Below, piece by piece: positions 23,043 to 32,948 of a stretch of DNA of 64,000 nt; position 1 is the stretch's first letter; every line of letters begins with the position of its first letter. The notes beneath the pieces were generated by a model. The model was not told where the DNA came from. It was given only the letters and a program-made list of their open reading frames with translations, and ran no database searches. Position numbers and translations under genes: made by a program. The DNA is taken from NCBI GenBank assembly GCA_002269645.1, contig NIVC01000511.1, positions 280,023 to 344,022 of the forward strand. The letters run 5' to 3'. This DNA is from Macrostomum lignano (lineage: Eukaryota).

Positions 23043-23203
23043 CTGAGCAGTCTGCAGTTCCGTCCAGCACTCGCCGCCGCTCCTCCACGGTGACCTTCCG
23101 CCTTCCAGCTGACGCCGAGCTCGCCCAGGCCGAGCGGGACCGCCTGAGCTCGCTGGGCATCGAGTTCCGCCCGGCCAAGTTCGCGTCTCGGAGCTACATG
23201 TGA
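22936..23203 (+). CDS. Putative short exon/ORF of unknown product, probably with a 1-nt frameshift
   Basis: ACCATGG start gives MATKATEDAAVVSADAAPDTSSVG; a second frame continues HQ10PEQSAVPSSTRRRSSTVTFRLPADAELAQAERDRL...SYM-TGA. GC-rich and coding-like, but no family recognised. Confidence 0.35.
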
Positions 23204-23206
23204 TCA

Positions 23207-23278
<72 letters not shown>

Positions 23279-23304
23279 CTCTCTCTTACTCTCACTCTCT
23301 TTCA

Positions 23305-23381
<77 letters not shown>

Positions 23382-23405
23382 GCTCTCTCTCTCGCTCTCT
23401 CTCTA

Positions 23406-23438
<33 letters not shown>

Positions 23439-23451
23439 TTCTCTCTCTCGC

Positions 23452-23501
<50 letters not shown>

Positions 23502-23515
23502 TCTCATTCTCTCTC

Positions 23516-23555
<40 letters not shown>

Positions 23556-23700
23556 AGCCAAACGATGGGGTGTCCATTTATGTCATGTAACATAATCAAG
23601 AAGTTGTCAAATAAATATCAATTTCATAAATCGTCAAATTCAGTGCCAAGTTTGCTTTTGCCACTAAATTTTTTTCGAATGAGATAATTCAACTTAGCCC

Positions 23701-24714
23701 GTGTTGCCTGTAAAGCTGCCGGCGGCTTCGTCGGCGGCCTCGTCGGCGGCCTCGTCGGCGACCGCGCCGGCGGCTTCATCGGCGGCTTCGTCGGCGGCCT
23801 CGTCGGCGACCGCGCCGGCGGCTTCATCGGCGGCTTCGTCGGCGGCCTCGTCGGCGACTGCGCCGGCGGTTTCATCGGCGGCGACTGTACCGGCGGCTTC
23901 ATCGGCGGCCTCGTCAGCTTCGACGGCTTATGAAGAGAACTCTACGGCGCCATCCGCACAGGACTGTGCCTCAATTGAGACTCCGACAAACAGGGAGGTA
24001 TCCCTCCCCATGACTACGTCTACTGGTGTCCCAGAGACTGTCACCGCCCGGACAAGCGAAGATGCCGCTGACTCTGGAACCCCGGCGGCCACCAGGAAGA
24101 GGCCCCCATCTGCTTCTCCGGATTCCGGGAGCCTCATGCAACCGTCGAAGACTGCCAGAAGCTTACGGGAGAACAAAGTCATCTACCACCACGGAGCCAA
24201 GAAGCACTGGAAGCTGAGGTCAAAGCAGAAGCCCACTCTGGTGATCGCTGACCAGAACGTGGAATTCGTGAAGCTGGCCTCGCCAGACCTAGAGGTGCAC
24301 TGCTTCCCGGGCCTCACGCTGGACTACCTGAAGAACATCAGCAAGGTGGAGAATGCGAGTCCCGACACGGGCCGCGTCATCGTCTGGGCCGGCAACAACG
24401 ACCTCCACCGTGAGAGCTTCGACTTCTCCATCGCCAAGCTCTGGAAGATGAGCCTGACCAACATCAGGAAGGCTTTCCCCGGCGCGTCAATCTGGGTGGT
24501 GCAGACCGTGTGCCCCCCCGATGCGCCGGCGCTCCAGAAGAGTAACTGTCGCAAGACGAACCAGCTCCTGAGCAGCTACCGGTCTGTCAGCCTGATCTCG
24601 CTGGACACCAAGGTCCTGACATTCCGACGGGACCAGATCAGCCTGGAGCGACAGTCTGCTGATGGGGCGTTCGCCGTCACCCTGGAGACGGTGGGCGACC
24701 TTCCAAAAAACTGA
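23701..24714 (+). CDS. PLE ORF1: Ala/Ser/Thr-rich repeat N-terminus plus an SGNH/GDSL-hydrolase-like domain
   Basis: Motifs LVIADQN (GDS-block position), VHCFPG, VIVWAGNND (GxND block) and DQIS (DxxH position). First in-frame ATG is at 24010. Confidence 0.7.
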   Translation: MLPVKLPAASSAASSAASSATAPAASSAASSAASSATAPAASSAASSAASSATAPAVSSAATVPAASSAASSASTAYEENSTAPSAQDCASIETPTNREVSLPMTTSTGVPETVTARTSEDAADSGTPAATRKRPPSASPDSGSLMQPSKTARSLRENKVIYHHGAKKHWKLRSKQKPTLVIADQNVEFVKLASPDLEVHCFPGLTLDYLKNISKVENASPDTGRVIVWAGNNDLHRESFDFSIAKLWKMSLTNIRKAFPGASIWVVQTVCPPDAPALQKSNCRKTNQLLSSYRSVSLISLDTKVLTFRRDQISLERQSADGAFAVTLETVGDLPKN

Positions 24715-26953
24715 GCGGGCCGGGGGCGAGCCATGGGCCCCCCAACTGAGGGTGACGAACCTCTCCAGCCGCGCTCTCGCACCGACTGAACTGCAACTGC
24801 TGGAGCGCGGCCAGTCCTTCGTAGTGGCTCCTCGGTGCACCTCGGCGGAGTCACTGGCGTCCGGCGTCCGCGACTTTGGCGAGCGTCTGGCCGTGTCGGC
24901 GGCTCGCGGCTTCAAGCGCGAACTGACGGTGAACGACGGTCCGCCGCTTCCCCGCCGCCCAACGGCCAGCATCGATCCGAGCCGCCTCCGGCCCGAAATT
25001 CAAGCCGCTCTGGCGGAGCTGGACGACGTCAGGGAGAACATCCGGGACTGCAGGAACGCTCCTAACATCAGTCAGGCGGAGGCGAAGGCACTGCGAGATC
25101 TACGGGCAGACAAGTCCATCGTCATCAAGCCGGCCGACAAGGGCAGCCAGCTGGTCATCCTGGACCGGCAGGACTATGTCCGTGAATGCCTGCGTCAGCT
25201 GGACGACCCGGCCTTCTACCGGCCTCTGAACGAGCCGATCAACCGCTTCACGGCCCAGAGAATCCGCGCCGTCTTCCAGTCGCTACTGGACCGCAGGCTT
25301 ATCGACAAACGCCAGTTCACCGCCTTCTGTCCGAAGGAGGAGTTCCGGACGCGACGCTTTTACATCCTGCCAAAGATTCACAAGCCTGCCGAGTCGTGGC
25401 CGCTCGGCGACATCCCGCCAGGCCGGCCCATCGTGTCTGACGTGGACAGCGAATCATATGCCAGCGGCCGCTTCATCGACAGCTTCCTGCAGCCGATCGT
25501 CATCCAGCTGCCCAGCTTCATCAGGGATACCGATCATTTCCAGGCGGCCATCAGAGACATCACCTGCCCGGCGCGGGGCGAGACCTTTCTGTTCACCATG
25601 GACGTCGCCAGCCTTTACACTAACATCCCGACCGCGGCCGGACTCGAGTGCGTACGGAGGGCCTTCAGAGAGCACCCGGACGCCCGGCGCCCGGACGCGA
25701 GCCTCCTCAGTTTGCTCAAGCTTAACCTGGAGCGCAACGACTTCGAGTTCGATGGCAAATTTTTTCTGCAAGTGAAAGGCACGGCCATGGGAAAATCGTT
25801 TGCGCCCAGCTACAGTAACATCTACATGGGCTACTGGGAGCAGCGGGGCCTGGAGCTCAGCCCGCAGAAGCCCGCCCTGTGGCTGCGCTACATCGACGAC
25901 ATCTTCGGCGTCTGGCACGGAACGAGAGACGAGCTGGTCCGCTTCCACGAGCTCCTGGATGGCCTCGACCCGAACATCAGGTTGCAGCTGAGCTACAGCA
26001 GCACCGAGGTCAACTTCCTGGATACCACCGTCTTCTGGGACCGCGAGGGTGACGTTAAGCGCCTGGCAACTAAGGTGTATTTTAAGCCGACCGACAGCCG
26101 AACGCTCATTCACCGCGACTCTTTCCACCCGAAGCGGACGTTCCGGGGCGTGGTGAAGTCCCAGCTCCTCAGATACGCCCGGCGGTGTTCCCTGATGGCC
26201 GATTTCGACGCAGCGTGCACCGGGCTGTTTTCAAGTCTGGTGCAACACCAGGGCTACAATCGGCGGTTCCTGCGCACGATCAAGTACGAGATGCTGACGG
26301 AGCTGGGCTTCTACCCGACGAGACGGTGGGAATTCGGCTTTCTGCCGTGCAACCCGACCCGGCTGTGCAGGTGCTGCCAGGCACACGCCAGGTTCGCCTC
26401 CGTCTGCCCCGGATCAGCAGCCACGACAGTCCAGCTCATCATCAGTCAGCGGATCGACTGCAACGCCACCAACGCCGTCTATGCCGTGTTCTGCCGCCGG
26501 TGCGACCACACGATCTACGTAGGCGAGACCGCCAACAGCATCCGCGGCCGCATGCTGGCGCACATCGGCGACATCCGGCACGCCCGTGACACTCCGGTGG
26601 CCCGCCATTTCACCAGTGATGGCCACAGTCTGGCGGACTTCGCCTTCACCGGCATCTGGTCTCGTGACGGCACGGGACCCAGAGCGAACGAGCGGCGGCA
26701 GCGCCACGAGGCCAAGCTCATCGAGGTGTTAAAGACTCAAACCCCGCACGGCGCCAACGAGCTTGCCGGCACGCTGCACAACCCGGCCATCCCGCTGATC
26801 CTGCCCCATTGTGCGAGGTCGGACGCCCTGGTGGCCGCGGTGAAGGACCGCGTGGCCCGGTGCTGCGAGGCGCCGGTGCTGCCCGCCTACACCAAAGGGC
26901 GGAACCTCCGGCAGCTGCTCTGTCCCAGTCGACTGGAGTCCACCACTGATTGA
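24662..26953 (+). CDS. PLE ORF2: reverse transcriptase plus C-terminal GIY-YIG endonuclease, 763 aa, uninterrupted
   Basis: RT motifs FYILPKIHK, GRPIVS, MDVASLYTNIP, QVKGTAMGKSFAPSYSNIYMG, RYIDDIF and VNFLD. Cys linker CNPTRLCRCC. Endonuclease motifs NAVYAVFCRRC..IYVGET, LAH and ARHF. Confidence 0.96.
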   Translation: MGRSPSPWRRWATFQKTERAGGEPWAPQLRVTNLSSRALAPTELQLLERGQSFVVAPRCTSAESLASGVRDFGERLAVSAARGFKRELTVNDGPPLPRRPTASIDPSRLRPEIQAALAELDDVRENIRDCRNAPNISQAEAKALRDLRADKSIVIKPADKGSQLVILDRQDYVRECLRQLDDPAFYRPLNEPINRFTAQRIRAVFQSLLDRRLIDKRQFTAFCPKEEFRTRRFYILPKIHKPAESWPLGDIPPGRPIVSDVDSESYASGRFIDSFLQPIVIQLPSFIRDTDHFQAAIRDITCPARGETFLFTMDVASLYTNIPTAAGLECVRRAFREHPDARRPDASLLSLLKLNLERNDFEFDGKFFLQVKGTAMGKSFAPSYSNIYMGYWEQRGLELSPQKPALWLRYIDDIFGVWHGTRDELVRFHELLDGLDPNIRLQLSYSSTEVNFLDTTVFWDREGDVKRLATKVYFKPTDSRTLIHRDSFHPKRTFRGVVKSQLLRYARRCSLMADFDAACTGLFSSLVQHQGYNRRFLRTIKYEMLTELGFYPTRRWEFGFLPCNPTRLCRCCQAHARFASVCPGSAATTVQLIISQRIDCNATNAVYAVFCRRCDHTIYVGETANSIRGRMLAHIGDIRHARDTPVARHFTSDGHSLADFAFTGIWSRDGTGPRANERRQRHEAKLIEVLKTQTPHGANELAGTLHNPAIPLILPHCARSDALVAAVKDRVARCCEAPVLPAYTKGRNLRQLLCPSRLESTTD

Positions 26954-27560
26954 ATTTTTGTATTTTTTCCTTTTGATTTTTTACTTCACTTTCCCTTCTA
27001 CTTACCTTTGTCAGACCGTGCCGGTACCTACCAAGCCTTTTGTTGCTCCTTTCTTAGAAATTTTTTTATTCTCATCGCTAGCCCAAGCTCAGCTTTTGTA
27101 TATTCTCAGCATTTATTCTGCATCAACATTTCTATTGTTTCTTGACACCCTGTACTTTTTATTACACTTTTTACTTTTACTTTTTTGCTTATCGTACAAT
27201 TGCTCTTTTTTAAGTTTTTGAGGGCCTTTCACCTTATTTATTTATTTATTGATTTACTGCTTATTTATTTATTGAGGTCAATTTTGTAAAGTGCTTAGAG
27301 TCACTCTTTCTCCTTTTTAGACACCGGTGCAGTCGCACTATTCCATTATTTATTTCGTGTGTAGGATCGCTGCAGCCCACGTGCGGTTCACTTTATTTGT
27401 GCACTGTTTTTTATTTTGCATTTTCAACTCTAATAGTGTTTTATCGACTCACACCAAGTGTACATACCGTACGCTCTCTATCTACCTGCCTACTCTCTCT
27501 CCCCTCTAACCCGCCTATTTAATAACTTTTACAACACCACTTGTCGCTACTACTTTTCAC

Positions 27561-27601
27561 TTGCCCTGACGAAGAATTTACCTAATTCGAAATATCGGCA
27601 A
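27561..27601 (+). ncRNA. Minimal type I hammerhead ribozyme in the PLE 3' pseudo-LTR
   Basis: TTGCC-CTGACGA-A-GAATT(TACCT)AATTC-GAAA-TATC-GGCAA: 5-bp stem I, intact core, 5-bp stem II, loop-less palindromic stem III (ATAT). Predicted cleavage after AUC at 27596. Confidence 0.85.
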
Positions 27602-27678
27602 CTTAAATCATCTTGACTTGTTTGTCCTTTTTACATGTACCGCGTCCGTGCCTGAGATTGGAGGCGCCCTCCTCTCTC

Positions 27679-27732
<54 letters not shown>

Positions 27733-27850
27733 GCTCTCTCTCTCGCTCTCTCTCTATCTCTCTCTCTCTCTCTCTCTTACTCACATTCTCTTTCACTCTC
27801 TCTCTCTATCTCTCTCTCTCTCTCTCTATCTCTCTCTTTCTCTCTCTCGC

Positions 27851-27902
<52 letters not shown>

Positions 27903-27916
27903 TCTCATTCTCTCTC

Positions 27917-27956
<40 letters not shown>

Positions 27957-28152
27957 AGCCAAACGATGGGGTGTCCATTTATGTCATGTAACATAATCAA
28001 GAAGTTGTCAAATAAATATCAATTTCATAAATCGTCAAATTCAGTGCCAAGTTTGCTTTTGCCACTAAATTTTTTTCGAATGAGATAATTCAATTTAGCC
28101 CGTGTTGCCTGTAAAGAGACTCAATAGAAATAGACACAACTCTTATCGAAGT

Positions 28153-28230
28153 AATCGGTTGAGCCGTTTTTGCTAAAATCGATCACACACACACACACAC
28201 ATACCGACAGACCATTTTTAGTATATGGAC
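28153..28230 (+). mobile_element. End fragment of a non-autonomous Helitron/HINE-like element (copy 1)
   Basis: AATCGGTTGAGCC, then a (CA)n tract, then TTTTTAGTATATGGA; homologous to 32229-32310. Confidence 0.4.
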
Positions 28231-28349
28231 TAGCAATCTTCGCCCCCCGATGGGGGACATCTGGTTAGAATCCTTGTTCTTTACAAATAACAAATAGACA
28301 GCGAACTAAAGCCTTCAAAAAACAACAACAGACATTCCCTCTAAAAACA

Positions 28350-28590
28350 AAACATCCCAAGACAGCAAGCATCCTCAGACAGCATTCAAGCATCGATCCC
28401 AAAATAGCAAGCATCCCCAGGTAGCAAGCATCCCCCGATAGCAAGCAACCCCAGATAGCAAGCATCCGCAGATAGCAAGCATTCCCCCAGACCCCAGATA
28501 GTAAGCATCCCCCCCAGATCGCAAGCATCCCCCAGATCGCAAGCATCCCCCAGATAGCAAGCACCCCAAATAGTAAGCATCCACCATACA
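28350..28590. repeat. ~20-bp degenerate minisatellite
   Basis: AGCAAGCATCCCCCAGAT variants. Confidence 0.8.
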
Positions 28591-28689
28591 ATAAGTAAAG
28601 TAGCTAGTGCTACAATTTCCTTAGCTCTATAGTGGCTCCTTTAAAATTGGCATGACGCTTACTTTTACGTTTGAAATTGTGTAAATTTT

Positions 28690-31600
28690 ATGTTTGACAT
28701 GGTGGCTCTTTAATGTTTGACATGGTGGCTTTTTAATGTTTGACATGGTGGCTCTTTAATGTTTGACATGGTGGCTCTTTTATGTTCTACATGGTGGCTC
28801 TCTTATGTTTGATTCAGGGTTTTTTTAATGTCTGACATGGTGTCTCTTTATTGTTTGACATGGTGGCGTTTTACTGTTTGACATTATGGCTCTTTAATTT
28901 TTGACATGGTGGCTCTTTTATGTTTGAAATGGTGGCTCTTTATGTTAGACATGGTGGCTCTTTAATGTTCGACATGGTGGCTCTTTAATGTTAGACATGA
29001 TGGCTCTTTAATGTTTGACATTGCGGCTCTTTTAATGTTTGACATGGTGGCTCTTTTATGTTGGACATGGTGGCTCTTTTTTGCTTGACATGGTGGCTCT
29101 TTACTGTTTGACATGGTGGCTCTTTAATGTTCGAAATGGTGGCTCTTTAATGTTTGACATGATGGCTCTTTTATGTTTGACATGGTGGCTCTTTTATGTT
29201 GGACATAGTGGTTCTTTAATGTTCGACATTGGTTGCTCTTTTATGTTCAAAAAGGTGGCTTTTTAATGTTAGACATGGTGGCTCTTTAATGTTCGACATG
29301 GTGGCTCTTTAATGTTAGACATGGTGGCTCTTTATTGTTCGACATGATGGCTCTTTAATGTTTGACATTGCGGCTCTTTAATGTTTGACATGGTGGCTCC
29401 TTTATGTTTGACATGGTGGCTCTTTTTTGATTGACATGGTGGCTCCTTTATGTTTGACATGATGGCTCTTTTATGTTTGACATGGTGGCTCTTTAATGTT
29501 TTACGTGGTGGCTCTTTAATGTTCTTCATGGTAGCTCTTTTATGTTTGACATGGAGTCACGAATATACTTGACATGGTGACTCGTTATTGTTCGACATGG
29601 TGGCTCTTCTATGTTTGACATGGTAGCACTTTAATGTTTGACATGCTGGCTCTATAATGTTTGACATGGAGTCACATATATGTTGGACATGGTGGCTCTT
29701 TAATGTTCGACATGGTGGCTCTTTAATGTTTGACATGGTGGCTCTTCAATGTTTGACATGATGGCTCTTCAATGTTTGACATTGCGGCTCTTTAATGTTT
29801 GACATGGTGGCTCCTTTATGTTTGACATGGTGGCTGTTTTAAGTTTGACATGGTGGCTCTTTTTTGATTGACATGGTGGCTCCTTTATGTTTGACATGAT
29901 GGCTCTTTTATGTTTGACATGGTGGCTCTTTTATGTTTGACATGGTGGCTGTTTTATGTTTGACATGGTGGCTCTTCTATGTTTGACATGGTGGCTCTTT
30001 AATGTTCTACATGGTGGCTCTCTTATGTTTGATTCGGGTTTTTTTTAATGTCTGACATGGTGTCCCTTTATTGTTTGACATAGTGGCTCTTTTATGTTTG
30101 ACATGATGGCTCTTTAATGTTCGACATGGTGGCTCTTTAATGTTTGACATGGTGGCTCTTTAATGTTTGACCTGGTGGCACCTTAATGTAATGATGGCTC
30201 TTTAATGTTTGAAATGGTGGCTCTTTAATGTTCGACATGGTGGCTCCTTTATGTTTAACATGGTGCTCTTAAATGTTTGACATCGTGGCTCTTTAATGTT
30301 TGACATGGTGGCTCTCTAGTGTTTCACATGGAGTCACGTCTGTGTTTGACATGGAGTCACGTATATATTTGGCATGGAGTCACGTATATGCTTTTCATGG
30401 TGGCTCTTTTATGTTTGACATGGTGGGTCTTTAATGTTTGACATGGTGGCTCTTTAATTTTTGACATGATGGCTCTTTAATGTTCGACATGATGGCTGTT
30501 TAATGTTTGTTATGTAGTCATGTGTATATGTTTTACATGGTGGCTCTTTTATGTGTGACATGGAGTCACGTATATATTTGACATGGAGTCACATATATGT
30601 TTGACATGGTGGCTCTTTAGTGTTCGATATGGTGGCTGTTTAATGTTTGACATAGTGGCTATTTTATGTTTGACATAGTGGCTCTTTAATGTCTGACATG
30701 GTGGCTCTTTAATGTTTGACATGGTGGCTCTTTTATGTTCGACATGGTGGCTCTTTAATGTACGACATAATGGCTCGTTTATTTTCGACATGGTGGCTCT
30801 TTAGTGTTTGACATGGCTTTTTAATGTTTGACATGGTGGCTCTTTTATGCTTGACATGGTGGCTCTTTAACGTTCGACATGGTGGCTCTTTAATGTTTGA
30901 CATGGTGGCTCTTTTATGCTTGACATGGTGGCTCTTTAATGTTTGACATAAAGTCACTTATACATGGTGTCTCTTAAATATTAGACATGGTGGCTCGTTT
31001 AGGTTTGACATGTTGGCTCTTTTATGTTTGACATGGTGGCTCTTTTATGTTCGACATGGTGGCTCTTTTTTGTTCTACATGGTAACTCTTTTATGTTTGA
31101 TACGGTGGCTTTTTAATATCTGACATGGTGGCTCATCTATGTTTGACATTGTGGCTCTTCTGTGTTTGACATGGTGGCTGTTTAATGTTTGACATGGTGG
31201 CTCTTTAATGTACGACATAATGGCTCGTTTAAGTTGGACATGGTGGCTTTTTAATGTTTGACATGGTAGCTCTGTTATGTTCGACATGGTGGCTCTTTTA
31301 GGTTTGACATGGTGGCTCTTAAATGTTTCACATGGTGGCTCTTAAATGTCTTACATGGTGGCTCTTTTATGTTTGACAATGTGGCTGTTTAATGTTTTAC
31401 ATGGCGGCTCTTTTATGTTCGACATGGTGGCTCTTTAATGTTTGACATGCTAGCTCTTTAATGTTCGACATAGTGGCTCTTTTATGTTTGGCATGGTGGC
31501 TATTTAATGTTCTTCATGGTGGCTCTTTTACGTTTGACATGGTGGGTCTTTAATGTTCGACGTGGTGGCTCTTTAATTTTCGAAATGGTGACTCTTTTAT

Positions 31601-31720
31601 GTTTCACATGGTGGCTCTTTAATGTTTGACATAGAGTGACGTATATGTTTTACATGGTGCCCATGTAATGTTTGACATGGTGCCTCTTTTATGTTTGACA
31701 TTGTGCTTTTTTATGTTTAG
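28690..31720. repeat. 3-kb diverged 23-bp minisatellite
   Basis: GACATGGTGGCTCTTTAATGTTT, many variants. Confidence 0.97.
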
Positions 31721-31739
31721 CAGTTTCGTGTTTTCAAGG

Positions 31740-32310
31740 TGTTTTAATAAAAAAATCTTTTTGCAGCACTAAGATTGGAACCCAGGTCGCTGCATTAGCA
31801 GTCCAGTCTGTTCGCATCTATGCTATCTCTTTTCAATTGGCGAACATGATTTGTGGCCCTTATAATTCAATGCTTACAGCAAGTTGGTTAGAGTAAAAAG
31901 TTATGACATAATCAATTTCTTAGTCAGCCAGTATCAGTGTCAATTTAAGTTAGCAATATTGTTACGCAATTTCAATCAAGTTGTGTGTGCATTTCTTTGG
32001 CACTGTTTTCAACTTGTTGTGATGCAATCTTTATCAGAATTGAAATTCAGTCAGTCAGTTTTTTCTCTAGCATTCTTACAATGCATTTCAGATCGAAAGA
32101 GCCGCTTGACCTTTGCAAAAAAGCCTGTTTTTCGAATATTTAATCCCTTTAATATTGAGCAATTTTTTAGCCAAGATGCATGTACCGTCCCAGGAAAATT
32201 TCTGATCGAATGGTGCAAGTTTGAAGAAAATCGGTTGAGCCATTTTTTCTGAAATCTATCGCATACCTACCCACATACATACAGACAACTCATTTTTAGT
32301 ATATAGGATT
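31740..32310 (+). mobile_element. Non-autonomous Helitron/HINE-like element, terminal part (may extend left through the 23-bp array)
   Basis: CAAGTTTGAAGAAAATCGGTTGAGCC, then (CATA)n, then CATTTTTAGTATATAGGATT. The same 20-mer recurs at 58990-59009. Resembles microsatellite-bearing Helitron-derived elements. Confidence 0.4.
31763..31830 (-). pseudogene. Decayed tRNA-like sequence
   Basis: Minus strand reads TAGCATAGATG..CTGGA-CTGCTAA-TGCAG..CTGGG-TTCCAAT-CTTAG: A-box-like start, anticodon arm with one mismatch, T-arm. No clear acceptor stem. Confidence 0.35.
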
Positions 32311-32948
32311 TGTTTGGAAATCAATTAATTCGTTTATAGTAGATCCTCGCTACGCTACTCGCCACAAGCACAAGTGAGTAGCCATAATAGTTTATTCAGT
32401 ACACAATACAAACAAAAATCGGAGTGGGAGGACGAGCTGCTGGGAAATCAACACAGATCAACTGCCGACTTCAGGCGCATAGTGGGAAGAGAGAAATTGA
32501 GAAGACACGAGGCGAATAAGGAAGGAAGAAAGGGAAGGAAGGGATGCAAGCCTGCAAGTTTACAGTTAATAGATGGTTCTAAAGTTGCTCCCAGTCAGCG
32601 CTGCAGCATCATCTGTGGCGCATTTGGTTGAGGGGGGCAGGACAGAGAGGCCAGCGAATCCCAGCCCCATCGGTCAAACTCCCCAGCCAGGGCAAGTCAA
32701 GCAGTGCAGCCAGCGGCATCGCGGGAAGCGGATTGGGGATCAAGGAGAAAGCTTGGGAGACGGCTGGAGACGAGAGGCTGGGAGGGAAGCCCCCGCAGCC
32801 TCCTCTCCTCCATCGCTAGCTGTATGAAAAAAGATCGATGCGACAGGCGCAATAAAACCGGAGAAATCCCTTGACTGCCCCTCCCACTCTGGTCCCAGCA
32901 GCTGCGCTACGCTGCTCCCAGCCGCTGCCCCCGCCGCCACCGCCGCAG

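Larger units (their letters stand above)
23209..28116 (+). mobile_element. Penelope-like retroelement (Neptune-type), near full length, with direct pseudo-LTRs
   Basis: Direct repeats 23209-23715 and ~27668-28116, each an imperfect (CT)n tract plus ~170 bp of near-identical unique sequence. They flank two ORFs, an AT-rich 3' UTR and a hammerhead motif. Candidate target duplication AGACTC at 23206-23211 and 28117-28122. Confidence 0.92.

Noticed and set aside
22811-23203. RRSSTVTF as a PP1-docking RVxF motif
   Set aside because: The basic residue is too far from V-x-F, and the ORF itself is uncertain.
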